Shown: one piece after another, positions 20,489 through 30,778 of the stretch
Position numbering within the stretch: the stretch's first letter is position 1
Layout of the letters: every line of letters starts with the position of its first letter
Source of the DNA: Pyrinomonadaceae bacterium
GTDB taxonomy: Bacteria; Acidobacteriota; Blastocatellia; Pyrinomonadales; Pyrinomonadaceae
DNA length: 64,000 bases
NCBI GenBank assembly: GCA_050174305.1
Contig: JBFXJZ010000009.1
Span: 34,148-98,147, forward strand
Direction of reading: 5' to 3'
Notes under the pieces: generated by a model
Database searches by the model: none
What the model was told of the DNA's origin: nothing
The model's input: only the letters and a program-made list of their open reading frames with translations
Made by a program: the position numbers and the translations under genes

Positions 20489-22858
20489 TTATCGTCCCAT
20501 TTCTATGATGATCTCTCGCTTATCTGGTTTGTGCCGAACGACTGTTCTTTGTTCTATTTCTTGGGCGTCAGATAACTGATCCTTAACCGCGACAGATTTT
20601 GGGTCCGGTAACATAGCAGTTTGAAGAATCTGGTCATAGGTGCTCGAATTGTGGCTAACAGAGTGTTCGAGAGCTAGTTTTAACCTGGATGCCTCCTTAG
20701 TATCGGGGCTGGCTGCGATCCTTTTCTCAATGTCCGCTACCTCTTTAACCGTAAAGACTGGTTGGTAATCCGGCTCCCCAGAACTTTGCCACCAAGAGTT
20801 TTGCTTGAATGTTGCGGCTTCCCTGCCAGATTCAAGCATAAGTTCTTTTGCGGCAACGAGGCTGGCCTTTAGATCGGCCTCACGCGCCTTCACCCGGCCT
20901 TCGAGTTCGTGCCTCAACAATCTGTGATCCCTGCTCTCTAACAACAAATTTAGTCCGTGATCAAGGATCGATCCTTTTCGCGGTAGATCAACATCGTTCA
21001 GACTCAGATAACTCATTGACCCGTTCGTTTTGCCCTCGATTGCAAATTTGTGAAATAGCTTTGTTTTTCGATAATATGCGAGGTCTTCTTTTGCTTTGTT
21101 CAACTCGATATTACATAGGATCTCTCGGGCGAACGTCCGCCCAGCGACGAGGTCGTTACCGTGACCCACCATCGTTTCCTCAACGATCCCTCTTGTATCG
21201 GGCTTTTGCCGTTCAAATTCTCCAATCGACTTCTTTTGTAGGTTCCAATTCGCCGAATACTGGTTTGACTGATTAAGATTTCTGGCAAGGGCATCAATCT
21301 CAAGAACTTCCTCAGCAGAAAACCTTGGCTCAAGATCCTTCTGCATTCCGTGTCGGTCCAGCACGTCGTGCAGAACTCCGACCACCTTTCGGCCCGTTTG
21401 AAGATCTTTTTGCAGATCCATCGACTGCTCGTTCAAACTGGTAGTCACCGCTTCGGTCAGTAGGCTTTGGTCTGATTTGGTATACCAGCGGCTTTCTTTA
21501 TTCGTCAAAGATTGGATCGCGACGCGAATGCTCTGAATAACCGACCCATTCTTGCTATTTCTAGCCTTTGATTCACGATCGATCATAGCCAATGAGATTC
21601 GTTCTTTTCCTACGGAAGTTTTCCTGTAATAGGCATTGTCGCGGAGGTCCATCAGCTTCCTTTCCCGATGCTGCAATCTCATTTCCGAGAGAATTTTTTG
21701 AGCGGCAAGGCGTTCAAGATCCTCCTTATCTCTTGCTTGAATTTCGTTTCTGGTCTCAAGGTCAAGGCGGATCTGTTCCAGGAATCGGTATTCCCTAACT
21801 TTCGAGTTCACAAGACACTGATTTTGAAGATCGTCCAACTCTTTTTTACTGAAAGCGGGTGCGGGCAACCTGGTTCCTTTTTTCTTATGGTTTTTTCTTA
21901 CCTGGTCGGCTTCCTTTCTCACCTCGGCCGTGTCTTCCTTTAGCTTAAAGAATTCCGACTCCTCCTTTACCAAGATGCTGTGCGTTATCGCCCTAATCTG
22001 TCGAGCCTCAGCAGTATTATCTAAGTCACTGAGTCCACCGCTCGCCGACTCTAGTTCCACTAATGAAAACTTGTGTTTCGCTCCAGTTTTCGGATCGGAA
22101 ACCGGAAATCTCAAGTTCTGACGATGCTCGACGAGGAAGGCAATTCTTTCCTCTTTAAATTTGAGTTGGTATTCGGCCAGAATCCCAAGTCGCAATGTCT
22201 CTCGTTCGTCAAAGTTTCGACCGATATTATGGACTTTGGTCTTTTCCTCCGTTCTCGATGAATTTTGGTCTTTGACGTGTCTCTGTGACGGACCGCGTTC
22301 AGCTATCAATTCCTCGAGTTTCGTCTTGGCGGATTCGATAAAGATCCCCTCGACGATCTGCTTTTCTCCATTGATTGACTCAAAGTGTGGAAGCGCCTCT
22401 CGCGGAATTTTATTTAATGATCGGGCTCGAAGATCTTTCGTCAGATAGTTCTTTTGAATGGCGATATGCACATGCGGGTTTGCCGTATTGAGATGAACGG
22501 CTCCGGCCCAGGCGAGTCTTTCGCTATTGAGACTCTTTTCAAGCTGACTCAGCGCGAACCGGGCAACGGCCTTTAGTCGTCGCTTTCGCACTTCGTCAGT
22601 CGAACCGAGATCATGAAAATCTTCCGGCCTGAATGAAAGAACCAAATGATGGAGTTCGTCGTTGGATGGTCGTCCTTTTCCGCAATTCGACTTTAGAAAG
22701 TTATTGGCGTTCCGGACGTCTAACTGGTCGGTGAAAGCGTTGAAAAGTTCACGGCCTTTTTCCGGCTCTTTGTCGGGGTCTATCTTGCTGTGAGCCAGAT
22801 AGTGCACAAGCCCGCGCGAACTGCCTCTTTTTGACTGGACGCTTGCGATAATTCTCAT
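20489..22858 (-). CDS. Conjugative relaxase (MobA/VirD2-type nickase domain)
   Basis: An N-terminal relaxase fold with a Tyr in GLVHYLAHS and the histidine triad HLNTANPHVHIAI. A long helical C-terminus follows. It makes an ATGA overlap with the upstream RHH gene. Confidence 0.8.
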   Translation of the reverse strand: MRIIASVQSKRGSSRGLVHYLAHSKIDPDKEPEKGRELFNAFTDQLDVRNANNFLKSNCGKGRPSNDELHHLVLSFRPEDFHDLGSTDEVRKRRLKAVARFALSQLEKSLNSERLAWAGAVHLNTANPHVHIAIQKNYLTKDLRARSLNKIPREALPHFESINGEKQIVEGIFIESAKTKLEELIAERGPSQRHVKDQNSSRTEEKTKVHNIGRNFDERETLRLGILAEYQLKFKEERIAFLVEHRQNLRFPVSDPKTGAKHKFSLVELESASGGLSDLDNTAEARQIRAITHSILVKEESEFFKLKEDTAEVRKEADQVRKNHKKKGTRLPAPAFSKKELDDLQNQCLVNSKVREYRFLEQIRLDLETRNEIQARDKEDLERLAAQKILSEMRLQHRERKLMDLRDNAYYRKTSVGKERISLAMIDRESKARNSKNGSVIQSIRVAIQSLTNKESRWYTKSDQSLLTEAVTTSLNEQSMDLQKDLQTGRKVVGVLHDVLDRHGMQKDLEPRFSAEEVLEIDALARNLNQSNQYSANWNLQKKSIGEFERQKPDTRGIVEETMVGHGNDLVAGRTFAREILCNIELNKAKEDLAYYRKTKLFHKFAIEGKTNGSMSYLSLNDVDLPRKGSILDHGLNLLLESRDHRLLRHELEGRVKAREADLKASLVAAKELMLESGREAATFKQNSWWQSSGEPDYQPVFTVKEVADIEKRIAASPDTKEASRLKLALEHSVSHNSSTYDQILQTAMLPDPKSVAVKDQLSDAQEIEQRTVVRHKPDKREIIIEMGR

Positions 22859-23532
22859 GAGGGATCTGTTTGCTGCTTCTGCAAATTAGGCATGGATTCG
22901 ATCCGCTTCTTGAGCACTTCTACCTTCGTACCGAGATAGCTTCGTTCCTTCAAGTCATCGTTGACAACATGCTCATGAAATAGAAGGCATTTCTTAAGAT
23001 CCGTTACAGCGTGTTCAATCAGTTCCGCCATCGCAGTTGAAGCTATAATGACGCTATCGTTTCGATCTTTTGTATCGGGTGACGCGAACTCAATTAGCTT
23101 GGTAAAGACAAGGTTCATTGATGAGATCGACATGCTCGACATTGAGTAGACTTCGGTCGTAAGAGACTTGGTAATTTGAAGCAATTCAGATACTTTTTCG
23201 AGCTCTAATTCCAAGTGTTCCACCCGATCCCGGATCTCGGCAAAGTTGCCGCTGAGTGAGAAATTTATGGACTCATTGTCACGTCCCTTGCTAACAAGCC
23301 AATCAAGCTTCATCTGACACTGGCCTGCTGCAAATTGCTTCTGCCTGTCGTTCAATGCGAAATGGATCATTCGACGGACTATGGCGGCCTTGTTCTCACC
23401 GGTTTCCTCTGCGATCTCTTCGAGCTTTCCATGATCTTCTTCATATGGCCGCACGCTTATCGGACGGCCCTGTTTCGGTTCATTCTTAACATCAATATTC
23501 TTCGCAATTCTTTCTTTGTCACGCTTTCTCAT
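22855..23532 (-). CDS. Ribbon-helix-helix relaxosome accessory protein (MobC-like, tentative)
   Basis: An RHH-like N-terminus (RPISVRPYEEDHGKLEEIAEETGENKAAIVRRMIHFAL), translationally coupled to the relaxase. Confidence 0.5.
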   Translation of the reverse strand: MRKRDKERIAKNIDVKNEPKQGRPISVRPYEEDHGKLEEIAEETGENKAAIVRRMIHFALNDRQKQFAAGQCQMKLDWLVSKGRDNESINFSLSGNFAEIRDRVEHLELELEKVSELLQITKSLTTEVYSMSSMSISSMNLVFTKLIEFASPDTKDRNDSVIIASTAMAELIEHAVTDLKKCLLFHEHVVNDDLKERSYLGTKVEVLKKRIESMPNLQKQQTDPS

Positions 23533-23913
23533 TTTTCCGGTTTTTGCTGTGCCGTTTTGTCACCAACTCGTCGTTTTGTAATTTTTCGGACAGGTTGGAG
23601 CTAAGCAAAGCTCGTGCCTTTAATGAATTTTTCGCTTAAATTTCGGTTTGTAATTTCGGTGACAAGGCGTAATTCACTGTAAGTATTGGGTTTATGCGAA
23701 TTACAATGGTCGGATTCTGGTCTATCCTGTCATACAACCACAGCTGTAATGTTCATTTTTTACAAGGCACCTCGAACCGCCTCTTTTTTACGCCAAAAGT
23801 GGTGCTCCCATACGCCACCCTTTGCTATTAAATTCCCGCTGCTCTGCTACGGCACGCCGATTGATCTCATCTTTGTGACAGCTATTTTACCGAACCAAAA
23901 GGAGACCAATTTA
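23533..23913. promoter_or_regulatory. Putative oriT / relaxase-operon control region
   Basis: An intergenic region upstream of the mobC-like and relaxase genes. TTGTAATT-type motifs recur (23575, 23648, inverted at ~23700), and TTGTCACC/GGTGACAA form an inverted pair ~95 bp apart. Confidence 0.3.
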
Positions 23914-24171
23914 ATGAACGAACAGCCTAATATCACCCCCTCTTCAAAAACGTCCCTCGAGCGGCCACTTCTGCAGATCAACCGGCTTACTTACGTCAAA
24001 TTGAATACAAGAGTACTCGAAGCAACTGAACAAAAACTCAAGCAGTATCTTCAGTTCGCGACAGCCAACATGAACACCGAGATCACAAATGACGATGTTG
24101 TCGAGTACGCGCTAAACCACCTTTTCGAACGCGATCCCGCATTCAAAAGCTGGCTTAAAATTAAGACTTAG
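23914..24171 (+). CDS. Small hypothetical protein
   Basis: 85 aa from MNEQPNIT, with an AAGGAG RBS 9 nt upstream. The longer 161-aa ORF has no RBS. Confidence 0.4.
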   Translation: MNEQPNITPSSKTSLERPLLQINRLTYVKLNTRVLEATEQKLKQYLQFATANMNTEITNDDVVEYALNHLFERDPAFKSWLKIKT

Positions 24172-24181
24172 AAGGGAGACT

Positions 24182-24835
24182 CTAGGCAGAGAAGGCTGAA
24201 GGAAGAGTTCCGATGCGGTCTAAATTTGCACCCGGAATGAAGGATTGATGGGCTATTCCGTATCTGGAAACAACCTTCTCAAGCTCCATCTCAAAATCAC
24301 GGATGTCGAACTGTTCGGAACCCTTTGAAAGATGCCCGGACAGTTCCTCCAGATCCTCTCCCGACAGATCGCGGCAAACTTTTGCCGAACTGCGAGCCAG
24401 ACGGTCTGCCACTTCTTGAAAAGCTACTCCTGAATGTCCTTTTACCCAACGCCAGGAGATGTGATGACCGTAACAGGCTTTCACGAGACGCGTCCAGAAC
24501 AGACGATTAGTTCGCATTCTATTAAGCCCAGCCATCGTGTCGATCACATATCTTGAGTCTGACACGATTTCGACCCGGCAAGAGCGATGCAGTTGTTCCA
24601 AAGCCTTTATACACGCAAGTATTTCAGCCTGCTGATTGGTAACCTGTCCGAGGTATTTGGCTACCAATTTGATCTCCAGGCGATTGTGATCAATCATCAC
24701 CGCACCGCATCCCGCCGACGAGTCGATCGCACCATTTCTCAAGCATGACGCATCGGCATAGATCCTCACCAGAGGCGTATAATCATCCGAACTTCTGATA
24801 CCGCTTTTGTTTTCAAGTAACCTTACAACACTCAT
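24182..24835 (-). CDS. RNase HI-like ribonuclease with a C-terminal extension
   Basis: DEDD residues in context: IYADAS, QQAEILA, IVSDSRYV and WVKGHSG..EVADRLA. About 70 extra residues follow the RNase H fold. Confidence 0.8.
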   Translation of the reverse strand: MSVVRLLENKSGIRSSDDYTPLVRIYADASCLRNGAIDSSAGCGAVMIDHNRLEIKLVAKYLGQVTNQQAEILACIKALEQLHRSCRVEIVSDSRYVIDTMAGLNRMRTNRLFWTRLVKACYGHHISWRWVKGHSGVAFQEVADRLARSSAKVCRDLSGEDLEELSGHLSKGSEQFDIRDFEMELEKVVSRYGIAHQSFIPGANLDRIGTLPSAFSA

Positions 24836-24913
24836 TGTCCACCTCTTGTTTTTTCTACTGAAGAAGGGGGCAAAGCTCTGAGGCCTTGCCCCTTGTTGGC
24901 GAAGCGATCTATC

Positions 24914-25357
24914 TCAGAATTGATCGACGAACCCCTCTTCGACGGGAGTCTCAGGAGCAGTTGAGCCGGTGTATTCCGGAACGTCAGGCTCGTCGCTGTT
25001 GCTGTTCAATGCCGATTCTTCCTGATCGTTACCACGGTTCGAACCGACGAACTCAAACGAGAACAACGACACCTCGGCACCCGATCTGGGTTCTCCCTTA
25101 TCCGTACTCCAGGGGCTGAACGAAAGCCTGCCGTGAACAAGCAGGGACGTGCCCTTCTTTACGTGCTCGGCTATCGTCTCAGCCGTCTTTCCGAAGGCGA
25201 CGACGTTGAACCAATGTGTGACTTGAACACGCCCTTCAGAACTGTTCTTGAACGAGTTGGACGCGATTGGAAAGCTCGCGACCGGCGTGCCCTTTTCTGT
25301 ATATCGCAGGCTCACATCGCGGCCTGTGTTTCCGAGTATCGAGATATTTGCTGACAT
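24914..25357 (-). CDS. ssb: Single-stranded DNA-binding protein (paralog 1)
   Basis: OB-fold pattern MSANISILGNTGRD...TPVASFPIASN...WFNVVAFGKTAE...LLVHGRL, with an acidic tail ending VDQF. Confidence 0.85.
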   Translation of the reverse strand: MSANISILGNTGRDVSLRYTEKGTPVASFPIASNSFKNSSEGRVQVTHWFNVVAFGKTAETIAEHVKKGTSLLVHGRLSFSPWSTDKGEPRSGAEVSLFSFEFVGSNRGNDQEESALNSNSDEPDVPEYTGSTAPETPVEEGFVDQF

Positions 25358-25491
25358 GGATTATTCTTGCTCCTTTTTTGGTTTAGTTTTTCTCCGAATG
25401 GAACGGCAGTTAGCCACTTAAGACGGACTTTGAAGCGAACTGCTTACGGGACTGGCCACCGCTCCTTTCGTTATGTGCTTCTCAACAACTT

Positions 25492-27111
25492 TCAGGCCGA
25501 AGGCACAACCTGAACGTGTGATCTTTGACTTACCGGTTGCGCAAAGAGGTTCCTCTGGATCGTGCGACTGGCGTGTACGCTCTCGCTCAGTTCCGCCTCT
25601 CTTGCCCTTACCGCATCCCAGAGTTTCTGTTTCTCCTGACGTTTAAATGCCTTTGCCGCTGCGTCGTTGTAGAGTCCGAACTTCAAGAACCGTAGCTGTC
25701 CGTGGGTTGCTTTTTCGATCTTTCGCAGCCATTGTCGAGCCTCCCTTGAAAGCTGCCCGTTGAGCCTGCCCTCCTGAGATTTTGCGACCGTGTTGAGAGC
25801 CGTGAACTCCTTGAGGGAGAGCCTCTTCTGATCCTTAAAATCCGCGTAGGCTTTCTTCTTCAGGTCTGCTACGTCGGCTGTATCGGTCGTGCCGCGGATC
25901 GCAAGATAGGTTTCCTGATAGGCGTCGTGGCGAAGGCTCCGCAGATGGAAATCGGAGTATTGACGCTGCCACAAAAGACGAAGGACTGAAGCCGCGTACT
26001 GCATCTCTTCAAAATCAGGATTGATCTCCTGATCGATAAGAATCTCGACACTGCTGCCTTTGCCGAATGTATAGATACGGCGTGCGGAACGGATCGCTTT
26101 GCCGTCATAGATTCTATCGAGTGACAGTGCCAGCCATTCCTCGAACTCCTGATCCGAGAACGGATGTCTCGAAGGCATCGACCATCCAGCACAGTTGATC
26201 ATTCGACGTCCTTCCTGAACGGCATTACCACCCAAAGAATGGCCGACAAATAGTTTCGGAAGCTGTGCGGAAAGGCCTCTCGATTCATACGGAAGACAAT
26301 TCGCATCGATCTCACAATCAAGGTCAAAAACGACCACCGAACGCTGACTTGAACTCATCGTTATACCGATCAATCCGTTCTCATCGAACTGCTCAAGTTG
26401 TTCGTAAGTGGTGAAATCACGATCAAGTTCTTCGATAGATTTATTGCCATCTTGGAGATAGAATTCCGCAAAGTCATCGAATATCATGCGGCTGACCTTC
26501 TGACGGCCGACACGTCTCAAAACAGCCTGCATTTCATCGTCGAAGTTCGGGCATTTTGGGGGGAGCGGCTTGCGTTTTTTTGCGACTTCTTGAACCCGCC
26601 TCTGGTCCGCGACACAAAGCCTTTGCTCGGTCAATATCGACTCTTCGAAGCTTATCTCACGGTCCGACAAGGTGGCTGTAACGGCCTCTAACTGCATACC
26701 GAGTAGTGCCATTTCTTTGAGAACCTCGCTTACGCTTCTGCGTCGGATCTCACCGTAGTAGTAAGAGGCAATTTGCTCATACTCAAACTGCCCGGCATCC
26801 GGACTTGCAATGGCCTTAACGCATCGGACAAATTCTTTTGCGTCCGTCTCGTCGGAAAGAACTTTCATTGCATATTCGCGAGACATTATCCTTACGCGAT
26901 CCAGAGCTTCGGGCTCAAGTTCATCGGCTATCCTGACAACCACATCACCTAAGATCGAGAACTCTTCAAGCTCGCGTCTGCGCATCGGGTTCGATGAAAG
27001 ATGGGCACACCAGTCCTGCATCGGCGAGCCGGTATTGACGGGCATGAATGCCAACATATGGTTATTCGGAGCGTGCTTTCTGAGCTGTTCAATATTGATT
27101 CTTTCTGCCAT
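25492..27111 (-). CDS. Hypothetical protein (539 aa)
   Basis: The start is set at MAERINIEQ (ATG 27111, GAGAGGAAG RBS). It contains FVGHSLGGNA, which resembles a GxSxG hydrolase elbow, but no other motif supports a fold assignment. Confidence 0.55.
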   Translation of the reverse strand: MAERINIEQLRKHAPNNHMLAFMPVNTGSPMQDWCAHLSSNPMRRRELEEFSILGDVVVRIADELEPEALDRVRIMSREYAMKVLSDETDAKEFVRCVKAIASPDAGQFEYEQIASYYYGEIRRRSVSEVLKEMALLGMQLEAVTATLSDREISFEESILTEQRLCVADQRRVQEVAKKRKPLPPKCPNFDDEMQAVLRRVGRQKVSRMIFDDFAEFYLQDGNKSIEELDRDFTTYEQLEQFDENGLIGITMSSSQRSVVVFDLDCEIDANCLPYESRGLSAQLPKLFVGHSLGGNAVQEGRRMINCAGWSMPSRHPFSDQEFEEWLALSLDRIYDGKAIRSARRIYTFGKGSSVEILIDQEINPDFEEMQYAASVLRLLWQRQYSDFHLRSLRHDAYQETYLAIRGTTDTADVADLKKKAYADFKDQKRLSLKEFTALNTVAKSQEGRLNGQLSREARQWLRKIEKATHGQLRFLKFGLYNDAAAKAFKRQEKQKLWDAVRAREAELSESVHASRTIQRNLFAQPVSQRSHVQVVPSA

Positions 27112-27265
27112 AACTTCCTCTCTTGATCGGCATAGCGCCGAATCGAAAACGCGTGTATTTAAGGGCCGCATTTTCAAAACCCTGAATAAAAAGCACCCTA
27201 ATTCAGGCTTGAAAATCCCTCGCAAGGTGCAGGAGAAGTGTGTTAAGGGAAACGAGATCGGCTGG

Positions 27266-27655
27266 CTATAAAGACAGGTCTCCTAGATGCTTTTGAAGAT
27301 AAGCGAATGTTAGCGGTGCTCGGCTTTCGAGTTGAGCCCGGCCAGTTCCGATGCCGTTTGTGGGAATAACAATTACTTGGTCGGTCGTTGAACATATCAC
27401 CGACAGACGCTCGAAGGCCTTATCGATCGCCGCTTTGTTTTGTTCGAATTCTGCATCCGTAAAGAAGGCATTCTCGCTATTGCTGGGGAGTTTCTTGGTT
27501 GGTATTCCAATGACATTCGGTTCGCCTCTCATAGCCGCAGCCTGACCGCCAAAGCCACGCCGGGCGAGGTTATCTCCGAAAAGGAAGATACAGTCGCGAT
27601 GCGCCCTAACGATACCTCTGGTGATCCACTTCATCGTCACAACGCGGTATCCCAT
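27266..27655 (-). CDS. Small hypothetical protein (129 aa)
   Basis: AAGGAG RBS; motif CIFLFGDNLARRGFGGQAAAMRGEPNVIGIPTKK. I could not place the family with confidence. Confidence 0.5.
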   Translation of the reverse strand: MGYRVVTMKWITRGIVRAHRDCIFLFGDNLARRGFGGQAAAMRGEPNVIGIPTKKLPSNSENAFFTDAEFEQNKAAIDKAFERLSVICSTTDQVIVIPTNGIGTGRAQLESRAPLTFAYLQKHLGDLSL

Positions 27656-27740
27656 TGCAGACTCCTTTTACAAAAAAGAACTGCCGCCTGAAGAGTGCTA
27701 TCTCCCCAAGCGGCAGTTGTTCATTTACCGATAGATTTGA

Positions 27741-28142
27741 TCAGTAAGCGGCGGCCTGCTGGAGTTCGACCGGGGCGGTCTGTGCCGTCTGCATTGCAAC
27801 TCCGTCTCCTTCCTCATCGCGGCGACCCGACAGGAACTGAAACTCCTGCAGGACGATCTCCGCTCCCGCCTGAGGAGATTCGTTCTGATCTACCCACGGG
27901 TTAAAGGTGAGGCGGCCTTGAACGTAAAGGCGACTACCTTTTCGCACGTATCGAGCAAGTGTCTCCGCCTGCTTTCCGAATGCCGTCACGCGGAACCAGT
28001 CCGTCTTCTCCACGCGTCCCTCCGCACTGTTCCTGAACGAGTTCGAGGCCATTGAAAAGCTCGCCACGAGTGTTCCGTTGTCCGTGATCTTAGTTTCCGG
28101 AGTCTTGCCGAGATTGCCGATGATCGAAATATTTGCTGACAT
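27741..28142 (-). CDS. ssb: Single-stranded DNA-binding protein (paralog 2)
   Basis: MSANISIIGNLGKT...LVASFSMASN...WFRVTAFGKQAE...LYVQGRL, clearly paralogous to 24914-25357. AGGAG RBS. Confidence 0.85.
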   Translation of the reverse strand: MSANISIIGNLGKTPETKITDNGTLVASFSMASNSFRNSAEGRVEKTDWFRVTAFGKQAETLARYVRKGSRLYVQGRLTFNPWVDQNESPQAGAEIVLQEFQFLSGRRDEEGDGVAMQTAQTAPVELQQAAAY

Positions 28143-28505
28143 TTTCTTAATTCTCCTGTGTGTTTAATTTTTCGAGGATCACGTTGAGTGACACCCTCAA
28201 ATCCTTCTCCGAAGGCACACCTTTTCAGCCGCTGTTTATTTGTTTTGTTTATCGAGTGATGATGGGCAACGGAAGGACTTTGAGATTCGCGGCAGCGTTT
28301 CCTGTTGGCCGAAAGGCGTTATCGGTCATCATTTGTAGTCAATTTTTTGAGGGTAATCACTGACACTAGAGGGAATAAAGGCAGTACGAATTACGTAATT
28401 CAGAGCTTTAGCCCTCAAATGGTGTTCGGTCTGGTAGGCAGTTACGGACCGCTAAAAGAACATTATCAATCATGGTTTCAGCCCTTCAGGCTTGGGATTT
28501 GTCTT

Positions 28506-29705
28506 CTATCTTACAAGTATAGGTCTATTAATGAGTTCCGACATTTCCGGTCCTTTGTAGTGTGGTTTAATCCAGATCAATTTTCTTTCTTCCGATCCTT
28601 TGCCGAATGGCTGCTTACGCCAATGACCTCTTACAATAAATCGAATGGAGAGTCTCTTTGTTTCGCTGCGACGATCATTTTCGAGTGCATCATTAACATT
28701 TTCAGTGCCATCATCTTCCACTACAATTCTCTGAATTATGAGAGGAGGGATATCAGCTCCAATCAAGTGATAATCTAGTCTAGATATTTCCCGATCTGAA
28801 TTCGGGGGATCAAACAATATCTCCCGTTTTTGCTTTCGATTCATCGACGCTGCTCGACGATGAGGAGATAATTTCTTGATTATTTCAGCGTCGTTCGACT
28901 CAAGATAAAGAATGCAGTTCAAAAGGACTCTATAAAACAACAAGACGCCGCGATTCTCATAAAAGTCATCGTCATCTAATGCAAATGACTTTTCGTCTTT
29001 AGACTCAGGCGAAATACTTAACCAATCTGTCCGAAGCATGTGTTTTATTGACCAATCCTCTCGAATCAAAAGCGACCGCTTCACAAAAAACGGCTCGCCG
29101 TTGGGTATCTTTTGATAACAAACAAACACCACCTTTCGAATACCACCTTCATCGGCACTCGTTACTGCTTCCGTCAAGAAAATATTTAGAGGTTCGAATG
29201 ATTCAGGATATGTTCCCCTCAACTGCCAAATTGCCTCAATTACTGATTTAGCAGTAATAACAAAAAGGCAGGACTCAAAAGGAAGCTTAATACTGCTTGA
29301 CGGAGCATCAAGCTCGGTATGGACTAGGTGTTCGACAAGATTATCTGTAAAGAATAAAGACTTCTTCCCAAAAAGTTCAAAATTTAGTAGCACTAAATAA
29401 TCAGCGGTAAGAAAAAACTCAATTCGTCCGACGGTGTTTTTGGAAGTGAAATCTTCCCACAGGCGACGGAAATACAACTCGTCGAATCCGGCTAATTGTC
29501 TAAAACTATTTTTCGCTTTTTGTGCGATGTTAGTAAAAGCATAGTCAAAATATCGATCGAAGCCTTTAAGTATGTCGGGATCAAAGAAAGGACCGCTCAG
29601 ACCCTCCTTTTGAATCAACCTTAAATCTTGACGAACGCACTCTGTGATCAAGGGCTGTTCCTCTGTGCGAAAATCATAGTATGTTTTAGGCAATGAAAAC
29701 GGCAT
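28506..29705 (-). CDS. Hypothetical protein (399 aa) in the AT-rich islet
   Basis: A long ORF in visibly AT-rich DNA. The C-terminus reads RFIVRGHWRKQPFGKGSEERKLIWIKPHYKGP. No family recognised. Confidence 0.5.
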   Translation of the reverse strand: MPFSLPKTYYDFRTEEQPLITECVRQDLRLIQKEGLSGPFFDPDILKGFDRYFDYAFTNIAQKAKNSFRQLAGFDELYFRRLWEDFTSKNTVGRIEFFLTADYLVLLNFELFGKKSLFFTDNLVEHLVHTELDAPSSSIKLPFESCLFVITAKSVIEAIWQLRGTYPESFEPLNIFLTEAVTSADEGGIRKVVFVCYQKIPNGEPFFVKRSLLIREDWSIKHMLRTDWLSISPESKDEKSFALDDDDFYENRGVLLFYRVLLNCILYLESNDAEIIKKLSPHRRAASMNRKQKREILFDPPNSDREISRLDYHLIGADIPPLIIQRIVVEDDGTENVNDALENDRRSETKRLSIRFIVRGHWRKQPFGKGSEERKLIWIKPHYKGPEMSELINRPILVR

Positions 29706-29773
29706 GGCTTATTCAACAACACTCAATAGATATCCTTCAAACACGCACTATAGGCCATGTTGTGCAAGCAACG

Positions 29774-30100
29774 CTACTCGCCAAGTATAAGGTGAAAATA
29801 AGCGAGGCCATGTCTTCCATCGTAGTGTAAAATCAATTCGCTTTCGGACTGAAATGCCTTCAGCGACAACTCTTCGGTTGGGTCGTCATAATAGTCCGTT
29901 TTGAAATGATATTGATTTTGATCCCTTAGAATAATCACTATTTCGAGATTCGAGTCTTCACCGTCTACTTCGCGCAACTCGAATCTGATTGTTCCCAGTT
30001 GATCGTTTGCGACAAACGTCTCCGAAACTATTTCATAGACATATGCACGGTTATCATAGACCCAAGTAGCTTTTATATCCCTGATCGTAGACATTTTCAT
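29774..30100 (-). CDS. Hypothetical protein (108 aa)
   Basis: An ORF co-oriented between the 139-aa and 399-aa genes. No motif recognised. Confidence 0.4.
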   Translation of the reverse strand: MKMSTIRDIKATWVYDNRAYVYEIVSETFVANDQLGTIRFELREVDGEDSNLEIVIILRDQNQYHFKTDYYDDPTEELSLKAFQSESELILHYDGRHGLAYFHLILGE

Positions 30101-30358
30101 ATTTTCTACCCCATCGAACCCCGTTTAATAAGCATTCAGTGTAGTTACGAAGTGCCGGTTGTTTCATTTCCGGCTCATTTGTAGTTTACGATGATTTTGC
30201 TTTTCGGGAGATTTTGCATTTGTGTAATCTAACAGGATGAGCGCACATCTTACGTCCCGTGTGTGGTATCAGCGAATAAGGTTGAGGGCTACCATGCCCA
30301 CCTGGACCTGGTTCAAGAATATCCATGTTGGTGCAAAAACAAACCAAGGCTGGAATGT

Positions 30359-30778
30359 TTATGCACCAATCAATGCGGGTTTAAGGTGGATTGAGTGTGC
30401 AGCTATGCGATATCTAAAATCTTCTCGAAAAACTGACAGGTCGCGATGGGTCGCATAAATAATGCGGACATTGACCGGCCGTGAGGTATTGGCCCCAACT
30501 TGAGTGATCGATTTTCCTTCAACAACCTTGACTAATTTGGTCTGAATATTTGGCTCCAGTTCATCTATTTCATCCAAGGAATAGTGTGCCGCCATTGGCC
30601 GCTTCAAACTTGCCCAGCTATGAACTTGCAGCCCCAGTGAACGCTCCCTTAACTTACGGATCAATTTCGCGGTACGCGTCTTGCTTGTTCCTGTTTCACC
30701 AAGCAAACAAGAGATCAAAAAATCGAGCTTTGCTAGAAAATTTATGTTTACATTCTCATTTTGCAAGGTGTATAACAT
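30359..30778 (-). pseudogene. Truncated or decayed sigma54-activator (bEBP) AAA+ fragment
   Basis: 139 aa: degenerate Walker A GETGTSKT, Walker B-like SLDEIDEL, then QTKLVKVVEGKSITQVGANTSRPVNVRIIYATHRDL..FREDFRYRI. The segment that should hold GAFTGA is missing, and so are the receiver and HTH domains. Confidence 0.45.
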
